From the NCBI GenBank assembly GCA_963715195.1, contig CAVQRT010000030.1, positions 260,557 to 324,556 of the forward strand: a DNA stretch of 64,000 nucleotides, written 5' to 3'. The translations under genes were made by a program, and so were the position numbers. This DNA is from Thermodesulfovibrionales bacterium (GTDB taxonomy: Bacteria; Nitrospirota; Thermodesulfovibrionia; Thermodesulfovibrionales; SM23-35). Of the stretch, positions 28,158 to 38,885 are shown piece by piece; position 1 is the first letter of the stretch; every line of letters starts with the position of its first letter. A model generated the notes under the pieces. It searched no databases and was not told where the DNA came from. It saw only the letters and a program-made list of their open reading frames with translations.

Positions 28158-30224
28158 TTGAGCGCTCAAAACAGAGGTTATAGAGGGAAAATGGGCTTCC
28201 GAACAATGGCAATTTGTCCAGGGAAATCGCTATTCAGGACACGTATGCACTCTATGATAATCGTGACATATTGTAACCTTTTCTTTTCTTCTGGCGCATT
28301 CGCAAATCAATCACCGCAGATACCTGAACCTGTACTATTTTTCCCCCATTTCACCGTCTATCTCTTATTTGCCAGTCTGACACTGTTGCTTTTTGCTACC
28401 TGGTACCTCTTTCGCTATCGCAGACAAATTGAAAAGAAAGCGCTTGAACTATCGATAACCAACGATCAACTGCATATGGAGATAGAGCAGCGTGCACAAA
28501 TTCAGACCGCCCTCCAGGAGAGTCAGGAACGGTATGAACTCGCTGCAAGCGGCGCGAATGATGGTCTTTGGGATTGGAATCTGCAGACAAACGATATCTA
28601 TTACTCCCCCCGATGGAAGTCAATGCTGGGATTTGAAGACGATGAAATAGGGGCTCGTCTTCAGGAATGGTTTCATCGGGTTCATCCGGATGATATCCGT
28701 AAATTGAAAAAAGATATTTCCGATCATCTCAACGGAGTTACGCCGCATTTTCAGAATGAACATCGCTTGATGAATAAGAAGCAGGATTATCTCTGGGTAT
28801 TGAGCAGGGGGCTCGCAGTAAGAAACACCGATGGCACCAGTGTCCGGATGGCAGGCTCACTAACTGATATTTCAGGCCGAAAAAAAACCGAAGAACAGTT
28901 AATCCAAAATGCGTTATATGATAACCTGACAGGCCTCCCCAATCGCGCCCTGTTTATGGACCGCTTGCAAATGACATTTGTCCACAACAAGAGAAATACC
29001 GACCACCTCTTCGCGATTCTCTTCCTGGACCTTGACAGATTTAAAAATATCAATGACAGCTTCGGTCACTTGACGGGTGATAAATTGCTTGTTTTGGTCG
29101 CACAGAGATTGCGGGCCCATATACGTCCCGACGATACCATCGCCCGGTTTGGCGGAGATGAGTTTGTCGTGCTTTTAGGAAACATAAAAGACGAGAGTGA
29201 TGCAACAAAGATTGCCGATCGTATAAATAACTTCTTAACAGAACCTTTTCATCTCATGCATCATGACCTATACGTTGCGATAACTATCGGCATAGCGATA
29301 AGCAATCATGAATATCAGCAGCCCGAAGAAATACTCCGCGATGCAGACACAGCCATGTACCATGCGAAATTACGCGGGAAGGGATGCTATTTAGTATTTG
29401 ATAAGTCGATGCACATTAATGCACTGGACCGCTTAGAATTGGAGATAGACCTCCGTCATGCCATTGAACACAAAGAATTTGTTCTCTATTATCAACCTAT
29501 CATCTCCCTCGAAAACCGGAGTAGTGTGGGCTTTGAGGCCCTGGTCAGGTGGCACCATCCCCGGCGCGGCTTTCTCTTGCCGATGCAGTTTATCCCTCTT
29601 GCTGAAGAAACGGGGCTTATTGTTCCCCTGAGCTTGTGGATTATTCGCGAAGCATGCACACAGATGCTTTCATGGCAGCGGCAGTCCCCACACGATCCGC
29701 CATTGGTAGTCAGCATCAACATATCTCCCGTACATTTCAAAAATACCGACTTTGTTGATCAGATAAGAAAGATTCTCGATGAAACAAAACTGAATCCCGG
29801 GGATTTGGCTCTGGAAATAACAGAGACGGTTATGATGGATAATACCGATCATATCCTTGCTGTTCTTTCAGAGTTGCAAGACCTGGGGATTAAGATTCAT
29901 ATCGATGATTTCGGTACAGGCTATTCAGCACTGAGCTACCTGCACCGATTTCCCATCAGTACATTAAAAATTGACCAATCATTCATTGGGCGACTGACTG
30001 GCAAAGGGGAAAATACCGAAATCGTTCAATCAATCATCAACATGGCTCATAATATGAAACTGCGCGTGATTGCCGAAGGAGTCGAAAAGGAAGAAAACCT
30101 GAAAACACTCGAATTTCTGAAATGCGAGTATGCGCAAGGTTACTTTTTCTCTCATCCCCTCAACAGAAATGAGGCGGAAATATTCCTGATGCAGCAGAAT
30201 GCACACCAAAGCATCAGCGATTGA
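28158..30224 (+). CDS. Membrane-anchored PAS-GGDEF-EAL c-di-GMP enzyme (start probably further downstream)
   Basis: GANDGLWDW PAS, GGDEF, EAL, DDFGTGYS. Confidence 0.93.
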   Translation: MSAQNRGYRGKMGFRTMAICPGKSLFRTRMHSMIIVTYCNLFFSSGAFANQSPQIPEPVLFFPHFTVYLLFASLTLLLFATWYLFRYRRQIEKKALELSITNDQLHMEIEQRAQIQTALQESQERYELAASGANDGLWDWNLQTNDIYYSPRWKSMLGFEDDEIGARLQEWFHRVHPDDIRKLKKDISDHLNGVTPHFQNEHRLMNKKQDYLWVLSRGLAVRNTDGTSVRMAGSLTDISGRKKTEEQLIQNALYDNLTGLPNRALFMDRLQMTFVHNKRNTDHLFAILFLDLDRFKNINDSFGHLTGDKLLVLVAQRLRAHIRPDDTIARFGGDEFVVLLGNIKDESDATKIADRINNFLTEPFHLMHHDLYVAITIGIAISNHEYQQPEEILRDADTAMYHAKLRGKGCYLVFDKSMHINALDRLELEIDLRHAIEHKEFVLYYQPIISLENRSSVGFEALVRWHHPRRGFLLPMQFIPLAEETGLIVPLSLWIIREACTQMLSWQRQSPHDPPLVVSINISPVHFKNTDFVDQIRKILDETKLNPGDLALEITETVMMDNTDHILAVLSELQDLGIKIHIDDFGTGYSALSYLHRFPISTLKIDQSFIGRLTGKGENTEIVQSIINMAHNMKLRVIAEGVEKEENLKTLEFLKCEYAQGYFFSHPLNRNEAEIFLMQQNAHQSISD

Positions 30225-30538
30225 CCAGTCGATAAATTCAGAAAAACAGTCATAACCATTCTCAACCTCACCTTAGGCAAATACTCCTGAAATTTCCATA
30301 TATGGCAGGTCTCGGCGATTATGAAGGCTTGGATAATTTCTGGTTCACCCAATGCCAAAAATATTTTCAAAAAAGCAATTTTACCGTGAAAAATAGCAAG
30401 AATCTCATTGTAATCTTCTTTGATATTCGTAATATATGAATGAGGAGCGTGATGGGAGGGGGATGGGCAGGGAAACCTTCCACCGAAGAACAATTCCCTG
30501 CCCGTTTTATTATTCTCGCTGGGTACCGCAGAGAACAA

Positions 30539-30823
30539 ATGACCAAAAAGATCAGACTAACAAAAAAAGTTCGCGTCATCAGAAAAAATCAGAATCAGTT
30601 CGCAAAGGACAAAGGCCATGAAAAGATAGGGTTCGACTATTATTACCCTATTCCGATTTTCCTGGAACAAATCATGGACGAGATAGTTGAGCAGTCAACA
30701 AAGGCGGGCCTTGACAGTTATTCCCTTTTGAAGCACTTCCAGTTTAGCGATAAAGAGATTGAAGAATATTTTGACAGGTTAGGCAACGGATGTTCCTTAC
30801 CGGCACCAAGTCCCTCGCCATAG
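30539..30823 (+). CDS. Hypothetical protein
   Basis: ORF only. Confidence 0.35.
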   Translation: MTKKIRLTKKVRVIRKNQNQFAKDKGHEKIGFDYYYPIPIFLEQIMDEIVEQSTKAGLDSYSLLKHFQFSDKEIEEYFDRLGNGCSLPAPSPSP

Positions 30824-30880
30824 GATCCGCTCTGTTGACAGCAAAAAACGCTTATATTAATTTAGTAGTAGTTACTGTCC

Positions 30881-31345
30881 ATGGTTACCTCGATCAGAAA
30901 ATTCTTCAAGAAACATATTCAGCCCAAATCTGACAAAGCAGATGAGCGGTCCGAACACGCTCTGCAGGTTGCTACCGCAGCACTGCTTATTGAGATGATG
31001 AAAGCTGATGGTAAGGTCAGTGAAGATGAACGAAGAGTCGTTCTGCATACCCTCCAGTCGAAATTCAACCTCACCAGGGAAGAGACACGATCACTCAAGG
31101 AGCTCGCAAAAGAAAAAATCGGAAAGGCCACGGATTATTATGAGTTTACCTCGCTCATCCACAAGGGGTTGTCGTATGCGCAGAAAGTGGAAATCATAGA
31201 GCATCTGTGGCAAATCGCTCTCACGGACAAGCATCTCGACAAGCATGAAGAGTATATGGTGCGGAAGATTGCAGACCTGATTTATGTTGAGCATGAGGAT
31301 TTCATTGAAGCGAAAATCAGGGTGAAAAAGAACCTGTCGCTGTAG
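30881..31345 (+). CDS. TerB-family protein
   Basis: AALLIEMMKADG.VS..E, LWQIALTD...D.HEE...RKIADL. Confidence 0.88.
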   Translation: MVTSIRKFFKKHIQPKSDKADERSEHALQVATAALLIEMMKADGKVSEDERRVVLHTLQSKFNLTREETRSLKELAKEKIGKATDYYEFTSLIHKGLSYAQKVEIIEHLWQIALTDKHLDKHEEYMVRKIADLIYVEHEDFIEAKIRVKKNLSL

Positions 31346-31388
31346 TCCTTTTTATGAGATGCATCGGCTTTCATAAACGCATGAGAAA

Positions 31389-31430
31389 TTTTTCAAGGAT
31401 CAACTGAACCAGGCGAAATGAGACTCACAA
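31389..31430. repeat. Imperfect ~42-bp direct repeat (second copy 37240-37281)
   Basis: TTTTTCAAGGATCAACTGAACCAGGCGAAATGAGACTCACAA vs TTTTTCGAGGATCAACTGAACCAAGCGGAAAAAGATTCACAA. Confidence 0.75.
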
Positions 31431-31567
31431 AAAGGATATTCAACAGTATGGTAAAAGCAAGTGCCAAGATACTTACCCGCGTATATCAGACTGCCCGGCA
31501 GGAAGAAGGAAGCCCTTATATCAGGCTTCGCAGACTGATATTCCTTTGTGCTATCTGAACAGGATAA

Positions 31568-32269
31568 TCAGCAAGCTCCCGTTCTTCTGCATTGGTAGCG
31601 AGATGCTCCTTTTACAAAGTTAAAAAGGTGCTCCCTCGCTTTCGCAGAAAGACCGTAACTATCCAGTTCAGGCTGTAACATCTTCAGCGTTCCGTAACCG
31701 CCCAAGTATCCGTTTACACGTGCAGCAGCCGTGGAAGAGATAATATCGCGAAACAAAGGATACAGAGCTTTAAATTCCTGCATATACTCGTAACTGTGTT
31801 GGAGGGCGTGTTTCTGATGATAATCTTCAGCGAGATAGAACTCAGTAAAGGGAGCAATATCTGTCTTAATCTCGCCTGTTATCGTCGCCTGCAAATGAGC
31901 CCTTGCTTCAAGCGCCAGGCGTTCTTGATGATCATTATGATAAAAAATTGCAGCTCTGTATTGTCGGGACCAGGATTTTACTGCGGGCTCATGACCCGAC
32001 CAGAACATATCCATCAAATCCTTATAGGAGATTTTTTCCGGGTCATAGTCGATCTGTAAGGCCTCGGAGTGGTCTCCAAGGTTGGTGTATGTAGGGTTCT
32101 TTTTTGTTCCCCCCGTATATCCTACACGAGTACTGACAACTCCCGGTATGACCCCGAACTGGGAGTCAGGACCCCAGAATCACCCAAGTGCAAAGGTTGC
32201 TGTTTCTGTTCGAGACGCGGAATTGGCATCTATAGGCGGAATCTGTCTTTCAATCTCAGTTTTTATCAT
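31568..32269 (-). CDS. msrA: Selenocysteine-containing peptide methionine sulfoxide reductase A (Sec at codon 30, TGA 32182-32180)
   Basis: ETATFALG-UGA-FWGPDSQFG...RVGYTGG...DHSEAL.IDYDP in frame with ORF 31568..32017 (QYRAAIFY, FYLAEDYHQK). Confidence 0.92.
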
Positions 32270-32492
32270 GCCCTGAATGAACGTTTACTCACTTCACCCT
32301 TAACCTCGCCACACTATATTATACTGCAAGATAACACGTGTTTGAGCTTTATACACCTGAAACAACTTTCGTAACCTAAGCGCTTTGCGGGTTGCTAAGC
32401 ATTTCGAGAAAGTATTCTGCTAAAATTACCCTGACGTTTGAAAGCTCTACAAAAAAATATCCGATCACCAATTTCTTAAAGGGAGGCTTTTT

Positions 32493-32744
32493 ATGTACAC
32501 GGTTAATTTCGCAAAGGTGGAGGTAAAAATATCAGACGGGTCAATAATAAAAGGGAAAGTCAATATTCGAGGAGATTATACCCGGCTGTCTGATTTTTTA
32601 AGGTACTCGCCGGAGCAATTTTTAGTTATTGTTTCTGAAGAAGCAGGGGCAGGTTCTCAGAACATTTTCTTTATCAATAAGAACTATATTGTCTGGGCCG
32701 GCCCCGGAAACCCATCGCCGGAAGTAAACCATATCGATAATTGA
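32493..32744 (+). CDS. Small hypothetical protein (DUF6812-like)
   Basis: GGGAGG RBS; DGSIIKGKVNI...RLSDFL...FINKNYIVW. Confidence 0.7.
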   Translation: MYTVNFAKVEVKISDGSIIKGKVNIRGDYTRLSDFLRYSPEQFLVIVSEEAGAGSQNIFFINKNYIVWAGPGNPSPEVNHIDN

Positions 32745-32795
32745 TATCATTGAGCACAGTACATCTATAAATCATTCGATAACAAGAAGACATTT

Positions 32796-32843
32796 ATGAA
32801 ACTGCTAAAAATCATGCCGTGTCTTGACATGAAAGACGGAAGG
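32796..32843 (+). pseudogene. hisF: 16-codon 5' fragment of a hisF copy
   Basis: MKLLKIMPCLDMKDGR vs MKTIKIMPCLDMKDGR at 37796. Confidence 0.8.
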
Positions 32844-32983
32844 TTCGTAATCGGATACCCCTTAATGTTTTGAGGGGAATGAAAAGAAAGAACTGACTGC
32901 GTGTCATACCGTTTCTGCACAATACAGCCATTCTGGTAGATCTGTATCCCTGGCCCTCTCTGCTTTTGCCAACTGTAGTGATT

Positions 32984-33091
32984 AAAAAAAGAGAGGGTAA
33001 TTGGGGGGATAGGTAAACTCAAGGGGTGCTGGGGTAACACCCGATTGGGGATTATTGCGTTTACCTTGGGGTAAAACATTACCCTCTCTTT
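32984..33091 (-). ncRNA. Candidate ~105-nt structured sRNA with C-rich loops
   Basis: 14-bp perfect terminal inverted repeat, internal hairpins, 3' U7 tract on the minus strand, upstream TGGTATAAA. Confidence 0.45.
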
Positions 33092-33254
33092 ATATATTTA
33101 TACCATAAACTACACATGGTCATATCCCAATTAAATAACAGTTAATTGCCAGTTAAAAACTGTTCAAGAATATAAGGTAAGGTCAAAGGTTAGTCTTTTG
33201 TTGTTTTGTCCGACTATTTTCTGACGATGTTTCTCAGGAATGATAGACTATATG

Positions 33255-34692
33255 CTAAGCAGTATTTAGTATCTTTAATGCTCTGAGTCGGCGTGGATGT
33301 TTCAGTTTTCTTAAAGCCTTTGCTTCTATCTGTCGCACCCTTTCACGGGTGATAGAAAAATGATTTCCAACTTCTTCAAGGGTTAAATCTCTCTCTAACC
33401 CAATACCAAAACGCATTTTTATTACCTCTTCTTCCCTTGGAGTAAGGGTATCGAGAATTTTTAATATCTGTTCGGTGATCCCATTTTGTTCTGCATTTGT
33501 ATAAGGAGAGGGACTCACTGCATCACCGATAAAATCTTCAATCGTCGCGCCCTCATCACAAACGGGAGTCTGAAGAGCGATGGGGTCTTGTGTCGCCCTG
33601 AATACTTCGTTGACTTTCTTTATTGGGACGCCTAATCGTTCCGCAATTTCTTCCTTGCTGGGTTCCCTTCCAATCTCGGCTACCAGTTCTCTGGAAGCCT
33701 TGGTAACCTTGTTATAAAACTCCATCATATGCACAGGGACGCGGATGGTTCTCGTTTGATCTACCAAGGCTCTCGTAATGGCCTGTCGTATCCACCAGGT
33801 TGCATAAGTGCTAAATTTGAAACCCTTCTGATAGTCGAACTTGTCTATTGCCTTCATCAGACCGATATTGCCTTCTTGAACGAGGTCAAGTAAGGCAAGA
33901 CCTCTCCCAATATAATTTTTTGCGATATTTACTACCAATCGGAGGTTACGAGTGATCAACTCATTTTTTGCCTTGGCAATGAGCCTATTTGCTTTGTTAA
34001 TCCTATCATACGTCGTTTTGAATTCGTCTACTGTTACTCCAACTTCTGATTCAACATACTTGATACTCTGCGTTTATCTCTTTCGCAAGATCATAAAGCT
34101 TTTGGGGGTTCAGCCCTTTTTCCTTCTTTCTTCTTAATAAGCTTTTCAAATCCTTTAAAGTTCCATACTTGAAAACCTTTCTATCGGCAATGTTTATTTT
34201 TGTCATAAGGTAGTCGAGTGTATCCAAACTCTTCGTAAGGATTGCTTCTGAATTATTTGAATCATCTTTTTCTGTTCTGTTGAAACTGCTTTCGACTTTT
34301 TTGTAGAGAGGGAATGTAGCAATCAAATCCGTAAGTATCTTGTTTCCCTCTTCAATGGCCTTTGCAAGCTCCACTTCTTCATCTTTCGTAAGTATTGAAA
34401 TATCTCCCATCGAATGGAAATATGCCTGAATAAGATCTTCTGTCTTTTCGTACTCTTCTATTTTCTGTTCATCAAAACGTTCTTCTCCGGATGCGCCAGG
34501 TTCAGGACTGTCTACGACTTTGATCCCCATATCCTGAAGAAGATCTATAAAGTCTTCTATTTCTTCAGGGGAATGAAACTCCGAAGGGAAAGCATCATAT
34601 ATTTCATCATGCGAAAGCATTCCACGCCTTCTTCCTAAATCGATGATCTCGTCAACAATATCCACTTCTCTATATATCTCACATGTGAGCAA
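33255..34692 (-). CDS. RpoD-like sigma-70 factor (regions 1.1-4) split by a +1 frameshift near 34062
   Basis: [22 protein letters not shown] (region 1.2); [51 protein letters not shown]; frames join as ..[10 protein letters not shown].. Confidence 0.9.
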
Positions 34693-34749
34693 AGCTATTT
34701 GTGTGCTTATTGTGAAGAACCCTTAATTATTTAAAAAGAGCCAAAAAAA

Positions 34750-34977
34750 TCAACATTGTATTTGGCACCGCACCGTTCCGTTATTATCTTCATTTCTGCA
34801 AAATAACAGTGTCTTGCCCATCCGCTCACACCAAATCCTCACATCCTTTTCAAAAGTAGGGCAATCGCCGATTACCTCAAGGATTTCCCCTTGTTTCATA
34901 TCCACATATTTTATAGCTATTTTTTGTAATGGTTGCGGGCATTTCAGCCCTTTGGTATCCAATACTTCCGTTGCCAT
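34750..34977 (-). CDS. TusA-family sulfurtransferase-like protein
   Basis: LDTKGLKCPQP...[14 protein letters not shown]. Confidence 0.9.
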   Translation of the reverse strand: MATEVLDTKGLKCPQPLQKIAIKYVDMKQGEILEVIGDCPTFEKDVRIWCERMGKTLLFCRNEDNNGTVRCQIQC

Positions 34978-35098
34978 CTCTATTCATTCTTTCTCATTGC
35001 AGTTTTCAAGGTATTAAGGTATTAATGAAATATAACATCAAACATATACTAATAGAATGCCAAATAATGACCATAATAGCACCAGTATTAAGCTGGTA

Positions 35099-36349
35099 TT
35101 AGTTCATGGATGACAGGTAGGATTCGAGGTTGGTTTTTTTGTTTTTTATTCCGAGTTTCTTTCGGATACGCTCCCGGTGAAAGGCAGCTGTTCTTGTAGA
35201 AATATTAAGCAGTTCCGCGATCTCCTTGTTCGTTTTGCCTTGTTTGACAAGATTTGCTACTTTAATCTCTGAAGGAGTAAGGTTTAAATACGTTGACGAT
35301 AACCTATATGAAAATGATGAGATAATATCATTAAGATTGGATTCCAAGATACCAGCATATGCACTTTGTCTTTCATCCAACCCACTCTTCCTTATTTTTT
35401 CCAAGTAGGGAAAAACGAGTTCCCTTATATTCAGTAATACTTTCTCTTCAAGCTCTATCCTATCTTCATCTCTTTTCTTCAACAATACTCTTAAGGCGGT
35501 ATTTACTTCCTCAAGATTATGACTCTTGATCTCTAATTCCTTTTCTGTTTTTTTCCGCTCGGTGATATCCTCTCCCGAACTAAGTGTCCCGATTATATTC
35601 CCGATCTCATCCCTTAAAATTGTATTGTGCCAAGCGATTATTCTTTCCTCACCACTTTTTGTTAAAACAGGGTTCTCGTAGTATTCAACCGGATCAATCT
35701 CTCCATTGACAAGTTTGATGAAAACTTGTTTTACATCATTACCTATTCTCTCAGGGAGGAATTTTTCAAACCAATCTTTACCGATGATTTCTTCTTTTTC
35801 GTATCCTAAAACATAACATCCCTTTTTATTGATATGAACAACTTTCTTGTCCACATCGATAACAAGCATGATAACTTCCGCAATATCCAAGTATTTTTGT
35901 GCTCTATCTCGTTCATTTTTCAGTAGTTCGTTTAACCGCTTCCGTTCGGTTATATCTCTTACTACTTCTATGCCTGCTATAACATTCCCTTCTTTATCGT
36001 TTAAGGGGGATGCGGTAATTTCAACATATCTCATTTTTTCATCAGAGTTATCTTTTCTTTCGACGGTATGAACTTTACCGTCCTTGAAAGTGAGATCTAT
36101 CGGACATCCATCGCATACGCCTTCTCTCTTTTGGTACACTTGGTAACAAAATTCACCTACATGGTCTCCAAATATCTTTCGATGAACTTGATTTTGATAT
36201 ATAAGTTTGAAAGTCCTATCCAGAATACTAATACCATCGCCAATTGCTTCGAGGATTTCGTCTGAAGCGGCTATTTCTTTTATTATTTGTGCATTGCTAA
36301 TTCTTGGTGTTGCTTTGACTTTTTCTCGTTTTCTGTTATTTTTTTTCAT
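35099..36349 (-). CDS. PAS-PAS-LuxR transcriptional regulator
   Basis: PAS with CY..Y...C.GCP, second [27 protein letters not shown]. Confidence 0.9.
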   Translation of the reverse strand: MKKNNRKREKVKATPRISNAQIIKEIAASDEILEAIGDGISILDRTFKLIYQNQVHRKIFGDHVGEFCYQVYQKREGVCDGCPIDLTFKDGKVHTVERKDNSDEKMRYVEITASPLNDKEGNVIAGIEVVRDITERKRLNELLKNERDRAQKYLDIAEVIMLVIDVDKKVVHINKKGCYVLGYEKEEIIGKDWFEKFLPERIGNDVKQVFIKLVNGEIDPVEYYENPVLTKSGEERIIAWHNTILRDEIGNIIGTLSSGEDITERKKTEKELEIKSHNLEEVNTALRVLLKKRDEDRIELEEKVLLNIRELVFPYLEKIRKSGLDERQSAYAGILESNLNDIISSFSYRLSSTYLNLTPSEIKVANLVKQGKTNKEIAELLNISTRTAAFHRERIRKKLGIKNKKTNLESYLSSMN

Positions 36350-36401
36350 GGAAATAAAGAATTTGCTATTTGGAAATATCAAGTTCATTCCAGTGTATTT
36401 A

Positions 36402-36623
36402 TCAAAACTGTATTTGGCAACGCTTTTTCCCGTCCTCTTCTCTTATCCACAGGAGCGTTTTTTTCGTTCTTTCGCACCATAAACGGACATCTTTTTCAAA
36501 GGTAGGACAATCAGCAAGTACTTCAAGGATATCACCATTGAACATGTGTGACGCCTTTGCAGCAATTTTTAAAACAGGGTGAGGGCACTTAAAGCCCAAG
36601 GCATCTAACGTTTTAGTTGCCAC
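36402..36623 (-). CDS. TusA-family sulfurtransferase-like protein
   Basis: [11 protein letters not shown]...[14 protein letters not shown]. Confidence 0.9.
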   Translation of the reverse strand: MATKTLDALGFKCPHPVLKIAAKASHMFNGDILEVLADCPTFEKDVRLWCERTKKTLLWIREEDGKKRCQIQF

Positions 36624-36869
36624 TAAACCCGTATCTCCTTTCTTACCTCACTTGTAGCAAATCACAAACAGGTCATGTCGAATCAAAATTGCCCGGTGAA
36701 GTGCATATATTAAATCACTCGACCTTCCAACTTGACATTGATTTCAAGGAGAGAACACGTAACTATTTTGGAGAAATCGCACCTTAAGTACTTTCTTTTT
36801 CCGGATTCCATGATTTTGCCCTTCTTGGATGGTCGATTTCCTTATATCACTAAATAATTTGTTTGTCAA

Positions 36870-37038
36870 CCTCGTTGTGTATGACGAGAAGACTGTTGTC
36901 GAAGACGGGAATGTGATGACCAGCCGGGGGCCCGGAACTGCATTATGTTTTGGTCTATCTATTGTTGCGAAACTCGCCGGAAAAGAGAAGGCTCAGCAGA
37001 TAAAACAGGCTATGCTGCCTGCAAAGGTCTGCGACTGA
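36870..37038 (+). pseudogene. C-terminal fragment of a DJ-1/PfpI (YajL-like) protein
   Basis: VVEDGNVMTSRGPGTALCFGLSIVAKLAG; the N-terminal part of the protein is absent. Confidence 0.8.
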
Positions 37039-37275
37039 GTCAATGAACAGTCTTTAAGAAATCCTGAATCCTCCCACGAATCTCATCCCGCACTTTTCTA
37101 AATTCATGCACAATTTCCTCTTCTGTTCCTTCAGCTTTCGCGGGATCAGGCAATGACCAATGTAGCCGCTTGATTTCCGGCGGTGTCCACGGGCAGGATT
37201 CGGAATTTTGAGATTAGTTAGTTATGAAGAGGTAAGCATTTTTTCGAGGATCAACTGAACCAAGCGGAAAAAGAT

Positions 37276-37542
37276 TCACAAGAATGAGAAAAACACACCG
37301 GTCATCACCCCGCCGAGGAGTATCATCCCCAATCCCTGAAGTGAGAATACAGACGTCAGAAAGAATAGCACCATCGGCACAAAAGACGTCTTGATAAGCA
37401 CGCCACCGGACATGAAGGTGAGGGCCGGAACGAGCACCCATTTCAGCCTTCCGTGATAATAACGCTCAATCAGCAGGGAAGTCCCGAAAGTGGCGACCGC
37501 AAATATCATGATATGAAAGAGTATTACCAGAGCAAGAGACAC
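37276..37542 (-). CDS. Small hydrophobic membrane protein
   Basis: About three TM segments; GAGGA RBS. Confidence 0.55.
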   Translation of the reverse strand: MSLALVILFHIMIFAVATFGTSLLIERYYHGRLKWVLVPALTFMSGGVLIKTSFVPMVLFFLTSVFSLQGLGMILLGGVMTGVFFSFL

Positions 37543-37795
37543 TATTCAGTCCTCACGTAAAAAACTGATCTACCCGCATAAGATCAGCAGGCGCCGGCAT
37601 CTATTGGCGGAATCCGTCCTTCAATCTGAGGCTTTCTCATCCCTGATTGACATCCTCTCAGATAGCATTTATAAATATTATAGTAAATTAGATGCTGCGT
37701 TATGCAGGATTACCAAGTCGCAGGCAAAACTTTTTCACGAATTGATATAATGGTTCAGAGCGTATTTTTCGGTTATCCCAATAAAGGAGAATTGC

Positions 37796-38560
37796 ATGAA
37801 GACGATCAAAATCATGCCGTGTTTGGATATGAAGGATGGAAGAGTCGTGAAAGGCATACATTTCGTCAATATCCGGGATGCTGGCGACCCGGTCGAAAAC
37901 GCGGCTTTTTATGAAAAAGAGGCAGCCGATGAATTGGCAATGCTGGATATAGCCGCGACAGTAGAAAACCGGAAGACACGACTGGAATGGGTAAAAAATG
38001 TCTCATCAGTTATCAGTATTCCGCTGACCGTAGGTGGCGGTATCGGAACTCTTGAAGACATAGAACTGGTATTCAATGCCGGAGCCGACAAAGTCTCGAT
38101 GAACAGTGCTGCTGTGAAAAACCCCGACATCGTAAAGCAGTCGGCAGAACAGTATGGTCCTGAGAGAATAACGGTCGCTATTGATGCCCGGCGAAACAAG
38201 CAGATGCCTTCGGGCTTTGAATTGGTCGTCTCGGGGGGGACGAAACCCGTCGGCAAAGATGCGATTGCCTGGGCAAAACAATGTCAGGATTTAGGGGCGG
38301 GGGTGATTCTGCCGACAAGCATGGATGGCGACGGGACGCAAGCGGGGTATGACCTGGAGTTCACGAAGGCTGTTTCAGATGCAGTTGATCTGCCGGTCGT
38401 GGCTTCAGGTGGTGCCGGCAAGTTAGAGCATTTTTTTGAGGCAGCGACAGAAGGAGGCGCGGAGATACTGCTGGCTGCTTCGGTATTCCATTACCGCATA
38501 TTCCGCATCAGAGAAGTGAAAGAATATTTAAGGGAAAAAGGACTTCAAGTCAATCTGTAG
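37796..38560 (+). CDS. hisF: Imidazole glycerol phosphate synthase cyclase subunit
   Basis: IMPCLDMKDGRVVKG, PLTVGGGI, GADKVSMNS, SMDGDGT, VASGGAG. Confidence 0.95.
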   Translation: MKTIKIMPCLDMKDGRVVKGIHFVNIRDAGDPVENAAFYEKEAADELAMLDIAATVENRKTRLEWVKNVSSVISIPLTVGGGIGTLEDIELVFNAGADKVSMNSAAVKNPDIVKQSAEQYGPERITVAIDARRNKQMPSGFELVVSGGTKPVGKDAIAWAKQCQDLGAGVILPTSMDGDGTQAGYDLEFTKAVSDAVDLPVVASGGAGKLEHFFEAATEGGAEILLAASVFHYRIFRIREVKEYLREKGLQVNL

Positions 38561-38685
38561 CATACCGTCAAACTGGAAATCGAATTCAACATTACCCAGG
38601 GCGGACTGGGAGACTTAAAGATAAAGAGGGAGACCAGGATCTCTCAATAAATTTCGGCATCTTTTTACCTTCGGTACGAAGGAAC

Positions 38686-38729
38686 AAAAAGCCCGATTGC
38701 ATCTTACAAAGATGATATCGGGCTTTTTT
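38686..38729. terminator. Bidirectional terminator-like hairpin
   Basis: AAAAAGCCCGAT...ATCGGGCTTTTT. Confidence 0.7.
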
Positions 38730-38885
38730 ATTCATTGGGCAACAAAGCCAGGCACTTGAAGCATAAAATGTCAGCCGATACCGTCTATCTCTCCAGTTTA
38801 CAAATTTAACCCTATCGTAATATTCCTTTAACACAAGAGGTCTAAGATGAAACCATACCTGTTTTTTCCCAAGGGGGGTGAGACA

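Noticed and set aside
34040..34080. Programmed frameshift in the sigma factor, and likewise in the DUF1566 gene
   Set aside because: No slippery sequence or stimulatory element; same one-base insertion signature as elsewhere
35046..35063. Sigma-54 promoter for tusA on the minus strand (TTGGCATTCTATTAGT)
   Set aside because: The -12 element reads GT rather than GC; too weak to call
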